A DNA stretch of 64,000 nt from Lachnospiraceae bacterium (GCA_017962105.1 JAGCVY010000052.1:983-64982); one strand, 5' to 3'; positions 55,382-63,532 are shown, counted from the stretch's first letter. Numbers and translations: made by a program. Notes: generated by a model not told the origin, from the letters alone.

Positions 55382-56917
55382 TCAGCTTTTCCTCCTCCAC
55401 AGAAGTCTCTTGCGGATTTTCTTTCTGGCAACTCCCCAGTTGCGCTCAAAGTAGCGATCGAACGCATCCCGCTCCCGCTCCAGTTCGAGAAACTGTTCCC
55501 TCTCCGACATATCCTCGAGAGGTTTCTTCACGCCGAACTGTTCCAAAAGGGCGGTTATCCGCGCCGTGAGAAGCGCTGTCAGTTCCTTCTCCTTGTCGAG
55601 TTCCTCGGTGAGCGATTGGATCCGCCCGCGCAGCTCTTCCGCCGCGGCTTCGGATACCTTCCGGTCCTCCGCCATCTGCGAGCGGGCTGCTGCCGCATCC
55701 TCGCGGCTCCGCTCGGCATTTTCCTGCATCCGGAGGGCCCGGTTCTCCGCGTTGGCGGCACCGAGACGATACCGTTCCGTCTCGTCCTTAAGCTCCTCGT
55801 TTTTCTTCTCGGTCTGTTCCCTGCGGTCCACCTCGGCGAGTATCAGTTCGCGGAACTCGTCCGGGGTAACTTCCCCGGTCTCCGCGCGCTTCAGAATGCT
55901 CTGAAGCCGTACCTCCCGAAGTCTTGCCTGCTCCTGTGCAAGCCGCTCCTCTTCCTCGTCGTAACGGGCCTTCAATTCCCCTGAGAGGTTGCGGCCGTAT
56001 TTGGCGTTCAGGAAGCTCAGGAACATTACGGTCTCGACAATCTCCTTCTCCATCTCCGGAGGGAAGGGTGCCAGGGAATTCTCGTGGCGTACCACGGAAA
56101 ATCCGTCTTTCTGGTAGTTGCTCAGGAAGTCGTAGATCGCCACAACCTCCTTGAAGTGCGTATCCATCCGAAGTACGTTTGTCCTGGTGATGGGCGGCGT
56201 GACCATCGGCGCAAGCGCGACGCTCTTCATCAGCGGCATATCCAAAAGTACCGCGATCGTGCCTGCAATGTTCTCAAGCCGGGCAAGTTTGCCGGCATTG
56301 TGTTTTTCAATCTCCGAGAGACCGTCGGTGCCGTCGCTGTAGTTTACAGAGACGGAAATCGGACCTCCCTCCGTCCGGATCTCCTTTTTGAACGACGTCT
56401 CGGAGCAGGACTCCTTCCACGCCTGTGCGATCTTAAAATACCGGTAATCCACGAAATCCCGCGTATAGCAGAGCACCATGTACAGAACCCGGTTCTCATA
56501 CACTGCGAAATTGCTCTCGTTCTCATACACCTTGAGACGGTCGGGGATCAGATCCTCGCCCTCGTCCGGAACGTGGGTGATCATCTCGCTGTGGCGCGAG
56601 AGATGCTCAACGGAAGACCGCGAGACCTTGCGCACGCGCTCGATGGGCGTGACATTGCCCTCGGTCTTGATGAACTGACGATCCTCCCGGATCGCGGCCT
56701 CCAGATGCGGAAGCGCCGCCTCGATGTGCTCGATCCAGTCCTCCTCGATGGTGACGTCGAAATATACCGTCGAGAGTTTCTCGGTCTCCGTGCCGCTGTG
56801 TGAATACAGCTCGCGGAGCTTCCGTTCCTCCTCGCCGCCGGTCAGCGTATTTCCGTGCAGCTGCTCGGCAAACCGTCTGGCCGCCCGATAATACCGGTCC
56901 ATTACTCCCTGACTCAT
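55382..56917 (-). CDS. McrC/DUF2357-like N-terminal domain fused to a long coiled coil; no nuclease motif seen
   Basis: 511 aa with a GGAGGA RBS. PIERVRKVSRSSVEHLSRHSEMI ... VYENESNFAVYENRVLYMVLCYTRDFV ... TRTNVLRMDTHFKEVVAIYDFL resembles McrC-partner (DUF2357-type) proteins. Roughly residues 330-480 are Glu/Arg/Ala/Lys-rich heptad-like sequence. The stop lies 3 nt before the next start. Confidence 0.55.
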   Translation of the reverse strand: MSQGVMDRYYRAARRFAEQLHGNTLTGGEEERKLRELYSHSGTETEKLSTVYFDVTIEEDWIEHIEAALPHLEAAIREDRQFIKTEGNVTPIERVRKVSRSSVEHLSRHSEMITHVPDEGEDLIPDRLKVYENESNFAVYENRVLYMVLCYTRDFVDYRYFKIAQAWKESCSETSFKKEIRTEGGPISVSVNYSDGTDGLSEIEKHNAGKLARLENIAGTIAVLLDMPLMKSVALAPMVTPPITRTNVLRMDTHFKEVVAIYDFLSNYQKDGFSVVRHENSLAPFPPEMEKEIVETVMFLSFLNAKYGRNLSGELKARYDEEEERLAQEQARLREVRLQSILKRAETGEVTPDEFRELILAEVDRREQTEKKNEELKDETERYRLGAANAENRALRMQENAERSREDAAAARSQMAEDRKVSEAAAEELRGRIQSLTEELDKEKELTALLTARITALLEQFGVKKPLEDMSEREQFLELERERDAFDRYFERNWGVARKKIRKRLLWRRKS

Positions 56918-56963
56918 GTCCTATCCTCCGAATTCTGCAAATCCCCGACAGTGACGGAATCCA

Positions 56964-58328
56964 TCACGACGAATTTCTGCGCAGCCGGTCCAGACTGTCG
57001 CTGCACAACGGCATATTGGCAAGACCGAAGGTGGTCTCAAAGACGTTCTCAAGCGCATCCATGGAGTAGCGGATCATCACCGGACTCAGGCCGTCGAGCT
57101 TACGCAAAACCTTCTTGGCAAGGATATCGTCCACAGCCTCGGCTTCGGTCCCGCCGCAGGCGAGATACACCGGGATATACTCCTCCATCTGGCGGCGGAT
57201 GCGGTTACCGTAGGTGACGCGGTAACGATCCGTCAGGAACTCGTCAATCTTACGAACCTTCTGAATGGCATCCTCGGACATCTGATACGATGCCTTTGCC
57301 TCCGCCACAAGCTTCGAAAAATGGGTGAACGAAATGCGGTCCCCCTCCGTGGACTCCGGCTCGAACAGATCCGCCTTGCGGTCAAGGTTCATGACCATCG
57401 CACGGTCGTACACCTTGTCGGAGATGGCGAAGGTGGAGTCGTCGTTGTTGGCCGTACCGATGAACCACACATTTTCCGGAATACGGAGCATACCGCGCTC
57501 GAGAAGCTTCGGGTCATCCTCCCAGGTGTCCGAGACAACCTCGAGATACCGGTTGGCAGGACTCAACTCCATCTGGGAGAGGAAGTCCGCAAAATAATAT
57601 TCCACACGCGCGATGTTCATCTCATCGAGAACGATCACGTAAATCTCATCGGTGTAGCGCGCCTCGTACAGCTTCTTGAGCAGCGTGCCCTCGCTGAAGC
57701 GCTTCGTAAATTCGTTGAAGTAGCCGATGATGTCGGAACGCTCCTTCCACATCGGCTGTACGGAGATAACGGTGGACGAGTTCTGCAGATAGTTGCCGAA
57801 CGCCGTCGCCATGGAAGTCTTACCGGTACCGGAGAGACCCTGCATTACCATCAGGTGGGAAACTCCGAGTCCCGCGATGAACTTGCGGACATCCTCCTCG
57901 CTGTAGAACAGGCCGAGTTTGCACGCCGCATAATTACGGAAATTGCGGCAGATCAAAGGCAGCGTGATCGCGTCGTCATACTTCGGCGGAACGTAGCGCA
58001 AAGCTGCGCGGTCGTACTGGATCAGCGTGTGGAAGCGCGACGTGATCTCATCGTCGTCCACCAGCTGAAGCAATCCGCCCGTCGTCTGCTCCTCCGTCGG
58101 CTGCACAGGCGCCGCGCCCTCGGCTTCTCCGTTCTCTCCGGTTTCCGTCTTAGCGGCGGGTGCGGCCTTCGGCTTCTGCTCCGTCGTCAGCTTCATCACG
58201 GCAAGGATCATCACCGCGATGCTTGCAAACAGGATGACGAAGTAAATCAACAGCGCCACGCGGGAGGAAAGTCCTGCCCACAGCGCCTCAAACAGGGTTC
58301 CGAACAATACGGTATCCAGTAATTTCAT
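56964..58328 (-). CDS. Membrane-anchored McrB-like (AAA_5-type) NTPase, paralog 1
   Basis: 454 aa with an AAGGAG RBS. The N-terminus is hydrophobic (VALLIYFVILFASIAVMILAV), followed by a Pro/Ala/Glu/Thr linker. Walker A is GLSGTGKTS and Walker B VIVLDEMNIARVEYYFADFLSQME. FIGTANNDDSTFAISDKVYDRA is identical to paralog 2. Confidence 0.75.
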   Translation of the reverse strand: MKLLDTVLFGTLFEALWAGLSSRVALLIYFVILFASIAVMILAVMKLTTEQKPKAAPAAKTETGENGEAEGAAPVQPTEEQTTGGLLQLVDDDEITSRFHTLIQYDRAALRYVPPKYDDAITLPLICRNFRNYAACKLGLFYSEEDVRKFIAGLGVSHLMVMQGLSGTGKTSMATAFGNYLQNSSTVISVQPMWKERSDIIGYFNEFTKRFSEGTLLKKLYEARYTDEIYVIVLDEMNIARVEYYFADFLSQMELSPANRYLEVVSDTWEDDPKLLERGMLRIPENVWFIGTANNDDSTFAISDKVYDRAMVMNLDRKADLFEPESTEGDRISFTHFSKLVAEAKASYQMSEDAIQKVRKIDEFLTDRYRVTYGNRIRRQMEEYIPVYLACGGTEAEAVDDILAKKVLRKLDGLSPVMIRYSMDALENVFETTFGLANMPLCSDSLDRLRRNSS

Positions 58329-58356
58329 GGTTTCTGATCTCCTTGGATTTCATACT

Positions 58357-59094
58357 TCACTGTGTATTCGATGTATCGCCGATCGGCTTGTGAACCCGCA
58401 GGTATCGAAGGCTCATCGGCAGTTCCCGTTCCCCGAACACCTCGCGGAACACTCGCTCTGCGATCTTCATGCTCTCTCCGCCGCCATGTTGGAAAATCGA
58501 CGGCAGCAGAACGGTGTAGATGGCCCGGTCCAGCGCTTCCCCGCTGCCGGTTCCCGTGGCGAGCAGCGTCGAGGAGTACATCTCCATCCCGCGGATGGTC
58601 CGGTTTACCGTCCCCGGGACCCAGTTGGGCGCGCTCTCCTTAAGGATCGCATCAACCGCTCTCCAATCGCTCTCGGGAAGGAAGAAGTCATCCTCCGCCT
58701 CCCGCAGGATCCCGCGGAAGGTTTCGGCTCCGACACCGCAGTGGGGCTGGCCGTATTTTACGCCGGACCACGCAGCTTCCACCTCCGTGCGGAGGTAATC
58801 CGGCGTGTTGTCATCCGCGATGCGGAACACCGCATAAGGCGACATCAGATTTTCCGCCGATTCCCCGAAAAATGCATTGAGAAGCATCGACATCGTTCCC
58901 ATCAGCGCGGGTTCCGTCCCCGGTAGCCCGTCGAGACGCACATTGGCGTACGTCGCATACGCCGCGAGTATCCTTCCCGCGTCTTGTTCCCCGATTTCCA
59001 CCCCGCACACATGCAGGTACTTCCGGATCCGATCCGCCAGCATCCCCATCGTCTCGCCCGGAATCTCATCCGCTGACCGTGGTATTGTGTTCAT
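58357..59094 (-). CDS. Hypothetical cytoplasmic protein, first gene of the AAA/transglutaminase locus
   Basis: The track ORF extends to 59355. I prefer ATG 59094 ([19 protein letters not shown]...) with GAAAGGGG 6 nt upstream. The product is 245 aa with no TM segment and no motif I recognise. Confidence 0.6.
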   Translation of the reverse strand: MNTIPRSADEIPGETMGMLADRIRKYLHVCGVEIGEQDAGRILAAYATYANVRLDGLPGTEPALMGTMSMLLNAFFGESAENLMSPYAVFRIADDNTPDYLRTEVEAAWSGVKYGQPHCGVGAETFRGILREAEDDFFLPESDWRAVDAILKESAPNWVPGTVNRTIRGMEMYSSTLLATGTGSGEALDRAIYTVLLPSIFQHGGGESMKIAERVFREVFGERELPMSLRYLRVHKPIGDTSNTQ

Positions 59095-59108
59095 AGAACC
59101 CCTTTCCC

Positions 59109-59151
59109 GAAATACGACAAAAAGACCGCAGGACAAGCGATTGCGGTCTTT
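59109..59151 (-). promoter_or_regulatory. Terminator-like hairpin in the 5' leader of the locus (possible attenuator)
   Basis: The minus strand reads AAAGACCGCA-ATCGCTTGTCC-TGCGGTCTTT followed by TTGTCGTATTT, ending about 15 nt before the RBS of the 58357..59094 gene. No minus-strand gene lies upstream for it to terminate. Confidence 0.45.
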
Positions 59152-59228
59152 GAGCAGAGTATGGCTCACGTGTATGTCGCATACGAATTCATTGTAATTT
59201 CCCCCATGTGGATTCATTGTATCAGATA

Positions 59229-59256
59229 CATAGGAAAAAAGCAAGATTTTCCGATG
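59229..59256 (+). repeat. Solo copy of the GCATCGGAA/TTCCGATGC hairpin repeat
   Basis: CATAGGAAA-AAAGCAAGAT-TTTCCGATG is followed by TCTCTTTCCGTTTTG. It has one arm mismatch and a shorter loop than the units at 47836-48140. Confidence 0.6.
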
Positions 59257-59343
59257 TCTCTTTCCGTTTTGTCCGCGCCGGTTCCGCCGCCCCGATCTCC
59301 GCGAAAACTCCTCATCGCGCTCCGCGAAAACCGCTACTCTCTC

Positions 59344-59372
59344 TTGACAAAACATACCCCCCGCGGTAAGAT
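59344..59372 (+). promoter_or_regulatory. Sigma-A-type promoter of gltX
   Basis: TTGACA (59344-59349), a 17-nt spacer, then TAAGAT (59367-59372), 32 nt upstream of ATG 59404. Confidence 0.6.
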
Positions 59373-59403
59373 ATCGGCAACATCAAAAAGGAGGGCATTT
59401 TCC

Positions 59404-60861
59404 ATGAAAATCAGAACCCGTTTCGCCCCCAGTCCCACCGGACGCATGCACGTCGGAAATCTGCGCACCGCGCTGTATGAGTTTCTGACCGCCAAGCACG
59501 AGGGCGGTGATTTCATTTTACGTATTGAGGACACCGATCAGGAGCGCTTTGTGGAAGGCGCTGTCGATATTATCTACCGGACGATGGAAAAAACCGGCCT
59601 TGTTCACGACGAAGGCCCGGATAAGGATAAAGGTTTCGGCCCCTATGTTCAGAGCGAGCGCGTCAAGAGCGGCCTCTACATGGAGTACGCCAAGAAGCTT
59701 GTAGAGAAAGGCGAGGCTTACTACTGTTTCTGCACCAAGGAGCGTCTCGAGTCCCTCAAGGGCGTTGTGGACAGCGAGGGCAAGGAGATCACAAAGTACG
59801 ACAAGCACTGTCTCTCCCTCTCCAGGGAGGAGGTCGAGGCCAACCTGGCTGCCGGCATGCCCTTTGTCATCCGGCAGAACATTCCCACCGAGGGAACCAC
59901 CACATTTTCCGACGCTCTGTACGGCGACATCACCGTAAAGAACGATGAGCTTGACGACATGATCCTCATCAAGAGCGACGGATTCCCGACCTACAACTTC
60001 GCCAACGTCATCGACGACCACCTCATGGGCATCACCCACGTGGTCCGCGGCAACGAGTACCTTTCCTCGACGCCGAAGTACACCCGCCTCTATCAGGCCT
60101 TCGGCTGGGATGAGCCCGTGTACATCCACTGCCCGCTGATCACCGACGAGAACCACCAGAAGCTTTCGAAGCGCTGCGGCCACTCCTCCTTCGAGGATCT
60201 GTTGGAGCAGGGTTTCGTCTCCGAGGCAATCGTCAACTTCATCGCGCTTCTCGGATGGAGCCCGGTGGGCAACGAGGAAATCTTCTCCCTTGAGGAGCTG
60301 ATCGAGCAGTTCGACTACCATCACATCAGCAAGTCTCCCGCTGTCTTCGATATGACGAAGCTTCGCTGGATGAACGGCGAGTACATCAAGAAGATGGACA
60401 ACGAGCGCTTCTATGAGATGGCGATCCCTTACATCCGCGAGGTTGTCACCAAGGACTACGACCTTCGCAAGATTGCCGATCTGGTGAAGACCCGAATTGA
60501 GGTGTTCCCGGACATCGCCGAGAAAATCGACTTCTTCGAGGATCTGCCGGACTATGACATTGAGATGTACACCCACAAGAAGATGAAGACCAACAGCGAG
60601 ATTTCCCTGGCGGTCCTTAAAGATCTCCTGCCCCGCTTCGAGGCGCTTGACGACTATTCCATCGCCGGCATCGAGAAGGTCTGCATGGACTACGTTGCCG
60701 AGAAGGAAGTCAAGAACGGCATTTGCCTCTGGCCTCTCCGCACGGCCGTCTCCGGCAAGCAGATGACCCCCGGCGGCGCTTACGAGATCATGGAGATCCT
60801 CGGCAAGGAAGAAAGCCTCCGCCGTATCCGCGTCGGCATCGCCAAGCTGGAGATCGCGTAA
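59404..60861 (+). CDS. gltX: Glutamate--tRNA ligase
   Basis: ATG 59404 has a GGAGGG RBS; the track start at 59161 is an upstream extension. Motifs are [25 protein letters not shown] (HIGH-type) and KLSKRCG (KMSKS-type). Confidence 0.95.
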   Translation: MKIRTRFAPSPTGRMHVGNLRTALYEFLTAKHEGGDFILRIEDTDQERFVEGAVDIIYRTMEKTGLVHDEGPDKDKGFGPYVQSERVKSGLYMEYAKKLVEKGEAYYCFCTKERLESLKGVVDSEGKEITKYDKHCLSLSREEVEANLAAGMPFVIRQNIPTEGTTTFSDALYGDITVKNDELDDMILIKSDGFPTYNFANVIDDHLMGITHVVRGNEYLSSTPKYTRLYQAFGWDEPVYIHCPLITDENHQKLSKRCGHSSFEDLLEQGFVSEAIVNFIALLGWSPVGNEEIFSLEELIEQFDYHHISKSPAVFDMTKLRWMNGEYIKKMDNERFYEMAIPYIREVVTKDYDLRKIADLVKTRIEVFPDIAEKIDFFEDLPDYDIEMYTHKKMKTNSEISLAVLKDLLPRFEALDDYSIAGIEKVCMDYVAEKEVKNGICLWPLRTAVSGKQMTPGGAYEIMEILGKEESLRRIRVGIAKLEIA

Positions 60862-60910
60862 TAGCAGGCCTGCAAAGTCCGATCCGGGTCGAACAGAATG
60901 AAACTTATTA

Positions 60911-60945
60911 CCGTCGGGCGGTGTGAAACCGCCCGGCGGGTTTTT
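60911..60945 (+). terminator. Intrinsic terminator of gltX
   Basis: CGGGCGGT-GTGAA-ACCGCCCG core stem with an extended GC-rich base, followed by TTTTT (60941-60945). Confidence 0.75.
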
Positions 60946-61206
60946 CTCTCCCGGCAGTGCGCCGCCTGAGCGCCTATTTCTCCCATCCGGCGGTGCGCGA
61001 AGGTTCCGTTTGCGCATGCCACACCGCCCGGCAGCCCACTTTCATCCCGCGGCGGTGCTGACAAGCAGAAAACATGTCCTGTTGCCACAAAATGCACCGT
61101 CCACAGGTCGAATTCCCGGTTCCGGCGGTGTGCAAGAGTCGGAATTCAGGCAAAATCATTTTGGATGCACCGCCCGGATATAAAAGTGGGCTAACAGGCG
61201 GTACCA
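60946..61206. repeat. Field of GC-rich inverted repeats (CCGGCGGTG / CACCGCCCGG motif)
   Basis: Forward copies lie near 60987, 61051, 61122 and 61196. Reverse copies lie near 61022, 61094 and 61166. They pair into three successive long-loop hairpins: 60987-61031, 61051-61102 and 61122-61177. The gltX terminator stem uses the same motif. Confidence 0.7.
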
Positions 61207-61245
61207 AACGGACATAAGTCAACCACAAGAGTGCCCAAGAAATCA

Positions 61246-61332
61246 TTTCCCATCATTTCACTAATCAATTCCCCCAATCTGTACAATCATTTTCCCCAAT
61301 CTGTACAATCAATTCCCCTAATCTTTAATATC
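61246..61332 (+). repeat. Four direct repeats of about 22 nt upstream of the helicase gene
   Basis: Two near-identical 21-nt copies, T(T/C)CCCCAATCTGTACAATCA, lie at 61269-61289 and 61291-61311; they differ at one position. Degenerate copies flank them (TTTCCCATCATTTCACTAATCA at about 61246, ATTCCCCTAATCTTTAATATC at about 61312). The array ends about 48 nt before ATG 61380. Confidence 0.8.
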
Positions 61333-61379
61333 GTATATCTTCCTGTCTCCCTCCGAATTCACATTCACGGAGGTCCCAC

Positions 61380-63467
61380 ATGAATCAACAATCGAATCCT
61401 GCCCAGACGGAGGCCATCCGACATAAGGACGGCCCTATGCTTGTTCTTGCCGGGCCCGGCTCCGGGAAGACCTATGTCATCACCAACCGGGTCAAATATC
61501 TGATTGAGGAACATCTTGTACCGCCCGAGGAAATCCTTGTCATCACTTTCTCGCGCATGGCCGCGAAGGAAATGAAAGAGCGGTTCGACCGTCTGACGGA
61601 CAAGGCATATCCCGGCGTCACCTTCGGCACCTTCCACGCCTGTTTCTTTCACATGCTGCAGTATGCCCGCGGCTATACCGCGGATGCCATCCTGCGGGAA
61701 AATGACGCCCTCGATATCATCGGCGAGATTCTCGCGGGGATCCACCCGGAATACGCCGACGACCGCGCACTGGTGCGGGATGTCTATGAGGAAGTGTTGA
61801 AGGTTAAATGTCAAAGCAATTATTCTACTCTTGTAGAATCCTTGCGCAATGCGGAAGAATCACCTCATTTCTCCAGCCGAACCACCTTCACCTACCACCC
61901 TTCCTCCTGCGACCTCCCCACCTTCAAAGCGGTGCTTCAGGGTTACCTCGCTTCCCTCAAAAGGCTTCGCAAACTCGATTTCGAAGACATGCTTCTTCAG
62001 ACGAAGAAATTGCTGACAAATGACCCCGAGGCTCTTGACTTCTGGCGCAGGCGATTCCGCTATCTCCTGGTGGACGAATTTCAGGATGTCAACCGCCTGC
62101 AGTACGAGATCGTCCGATTGCTCGCAGGAGGATACAACAATTCCAATGAAAGCTCCGGCAACCTCTTCGCGGTGGGCGACGACGACCAGTCCATCTACGG
62201 GTTCCGCGGATCGGAGCCCCGCATCATGCTGGAGATGCCGAAGGATATGCCGGACTGCAGGATCGTCACGCTGCCGGTCAACTACCGAAGCACCCCGGAG
62301 ATTGTCTCCGCTGCCGATGCGCTGATCGCCAACAACCGCGTCCGGTACGAAAAGGTCCACGCAACTGCCGCGGACAACGGCAACGCGGTCCGCATCCTTC
62401 CCTTCGATACGGTTTCCTCGGAAAATGAATTCCTGCTCTCGGAAATCGCATCACTTACTTCACCGAGCACCGACTGCCGCTACTCCGACATCGCAATCCT
62501 GTTCCGCACCAACCTGCAGATGCGAAGTCTCTGTGATTCCTTAAGCCGCGCGGGTGTTCCGTTCCGCATCCGCGGGTATCTGCCAAATCTCTACGACGAT
62601 CCGCAGGTTCGCATCGCACTCTCCTATCTTCGTGCCGCGCAGGGCGACCGCTCCCGCGGCACCATTCTCGCCATCGCCAACCGCCCGAAGAGGTACGTTG
62701 AACGCCGTTTGTTATCCGGCAGTGAAATCTCCCTGGAAGCCCTTCGCGATCAGGCAAAAGAGGAAGGCAAGAACTATCTTGCGGACAAGGTTGACCGCCT
62801 TCTCTATGACCTTGCGATGCTGTCAAGGATGAATCCCTTTGCCGCAGTCAACTATATCCGAAAGGTTATCGGGCTGGACAGTTATGTTGCCGAGCACAAT
62901 CTCCGCCGGGAGGAGGTTTTGGAAACCCTCGCGGAATTTCAGGAGTCCGTGAAAGCCTTTACCACGACGACCGAGCTGTTTGAAAGCATTGAGGCAGCAC
63001 GACGGAAGGCGGAGCAAAGACATTTTACGAAGGACGAAGAAGACAGCGGGGACCGGGTCTCGCTGATGACTTTTCACGCCTCCAAGGGGCTGGAGTTTTC
63101 GCATGTGTATATCTGCGACTGCAACGAAACGATTGTTCCGCACAAAAAAGCGCTTCTCCCCGAATCCGTCGAGGAGGAACGGCGGCTTCTCTATGTGGCT
63201 ATGACGCGCGCCAAGAGGGAGTTGACGCTTCTGTATACCGCCAAGCGATTCGGGAAGGATTTGCCGCCGTCGGGGTTTTTAGGAGAAATTCTACTGCCCG
63301 CTTCCGCCCTGCAGCCGGGCACGAAAATCATCCACAAATCCTTCGGAACGGGCACGGTTCTTTCGCTTGAAGAAGACAAACTCCGCGTGCGGTTCGAGCG
63401 GTTCCTGATGCCAAAGACGCTGTCGTACAGCCTGTGCGCAAAATCCATGCTGGTGCGTGTTCTCTGA
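61380..63467 (+). CDS. UvrD/Rep/PcrA-family ATP-dependent DNA helicase
   Basis: 695 aa with a GGAGG RBS. Motifs are NPAQTEAIRHKDGPMLVLAGPGSGKTYVITNRV (Q motif and Walker A), YLLVDEFQDVN (motif II), FAVGDDDQSIYGFRG, NYRSTPEI and VSLMTFHASKGLEFSHVYI. Confidence 0.9.
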   Translation: MNQQSNPAQTEAIRHKDGPMLVLAGPGSGKTYVITNRVKYLIEEHLVPPEEILVITFSRMAAKEMKERFDRLTDKAYPGVTFGTFHACFFHMLQYARGYTADAILRENDALDIIGEILAGIHPEYADDRALVRDVYEEVLKVKCQSNYSTLVESLRNAEESPHFSSRTTFTYHPSSCDLPTFKAVLQGYLASLKRLRKLDFEDMLLQTKKLLTNDPEALDFWRRRFRYLLVDEFQDVNRLQYEIVRLLAGGYNNSNESSGNLFAVGDDDQSIYGFRGSEPRIMLEMPKDMPDCRIVTLPVNYRSTPEIVSAADALIANNRVRYEKVHATAADNGNAVRILPFDTVSSENEFLLSEIASLTSPSTDCRYSDIAILFRTNLQMRSLCDSLSRAGVPFRIRGYLPNLYDDPQVRIALSYLRAAQGDRSRGTILAIANRPKRYVERRLLSGSEISLEALRDQAKEEGKNYLADKVDRLLYDLAMLSRMNPFAAVNYIRKVIGLDSYVAEHNLRREEVLETLAEFQESVKAFTTTTELFESIEAARRKAEQRHFTKDEEDSGDRVSLMTFHASKGLEFSHVYICDCNETIVPHKKALLPESVEEERRLLYVAMTRAKRELTLLYTAKRFGKDLPPSGFLGEILLPASALQPGTKIIHKSFGTGTVLSLEEDKLRVRFERFLMPKTLSYSLCAKSMLVRVL

Positions 63468-63503
63468 TCCATGTCCGGGACTTCCTTTTTCCCTTATGTA
63501 CAG

Positions 63504-63532
63504 TAGACATTTTTCCTGATTTCTGATATAAT
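63504..63532 (+). promoter_or_regulatory. Sigma-A-type promoter upstream of the DUF1292 gene
   Basis: TAGACA (63504-63509), a 17-nt spacer, then TATAAT (63527-63532). Confidence 0.5.

Noticed and set aside
60923-61246. Small ORFs (86 aa +, 90 aa -, 105 aa -) in the gltX-helicase spacer.
   Set aside because: They have Pro/Arg/Gly/Ala-rich composition dictated by the GC-rich palindromes and no RBS. I treated the region as non-coding repeat DNA.
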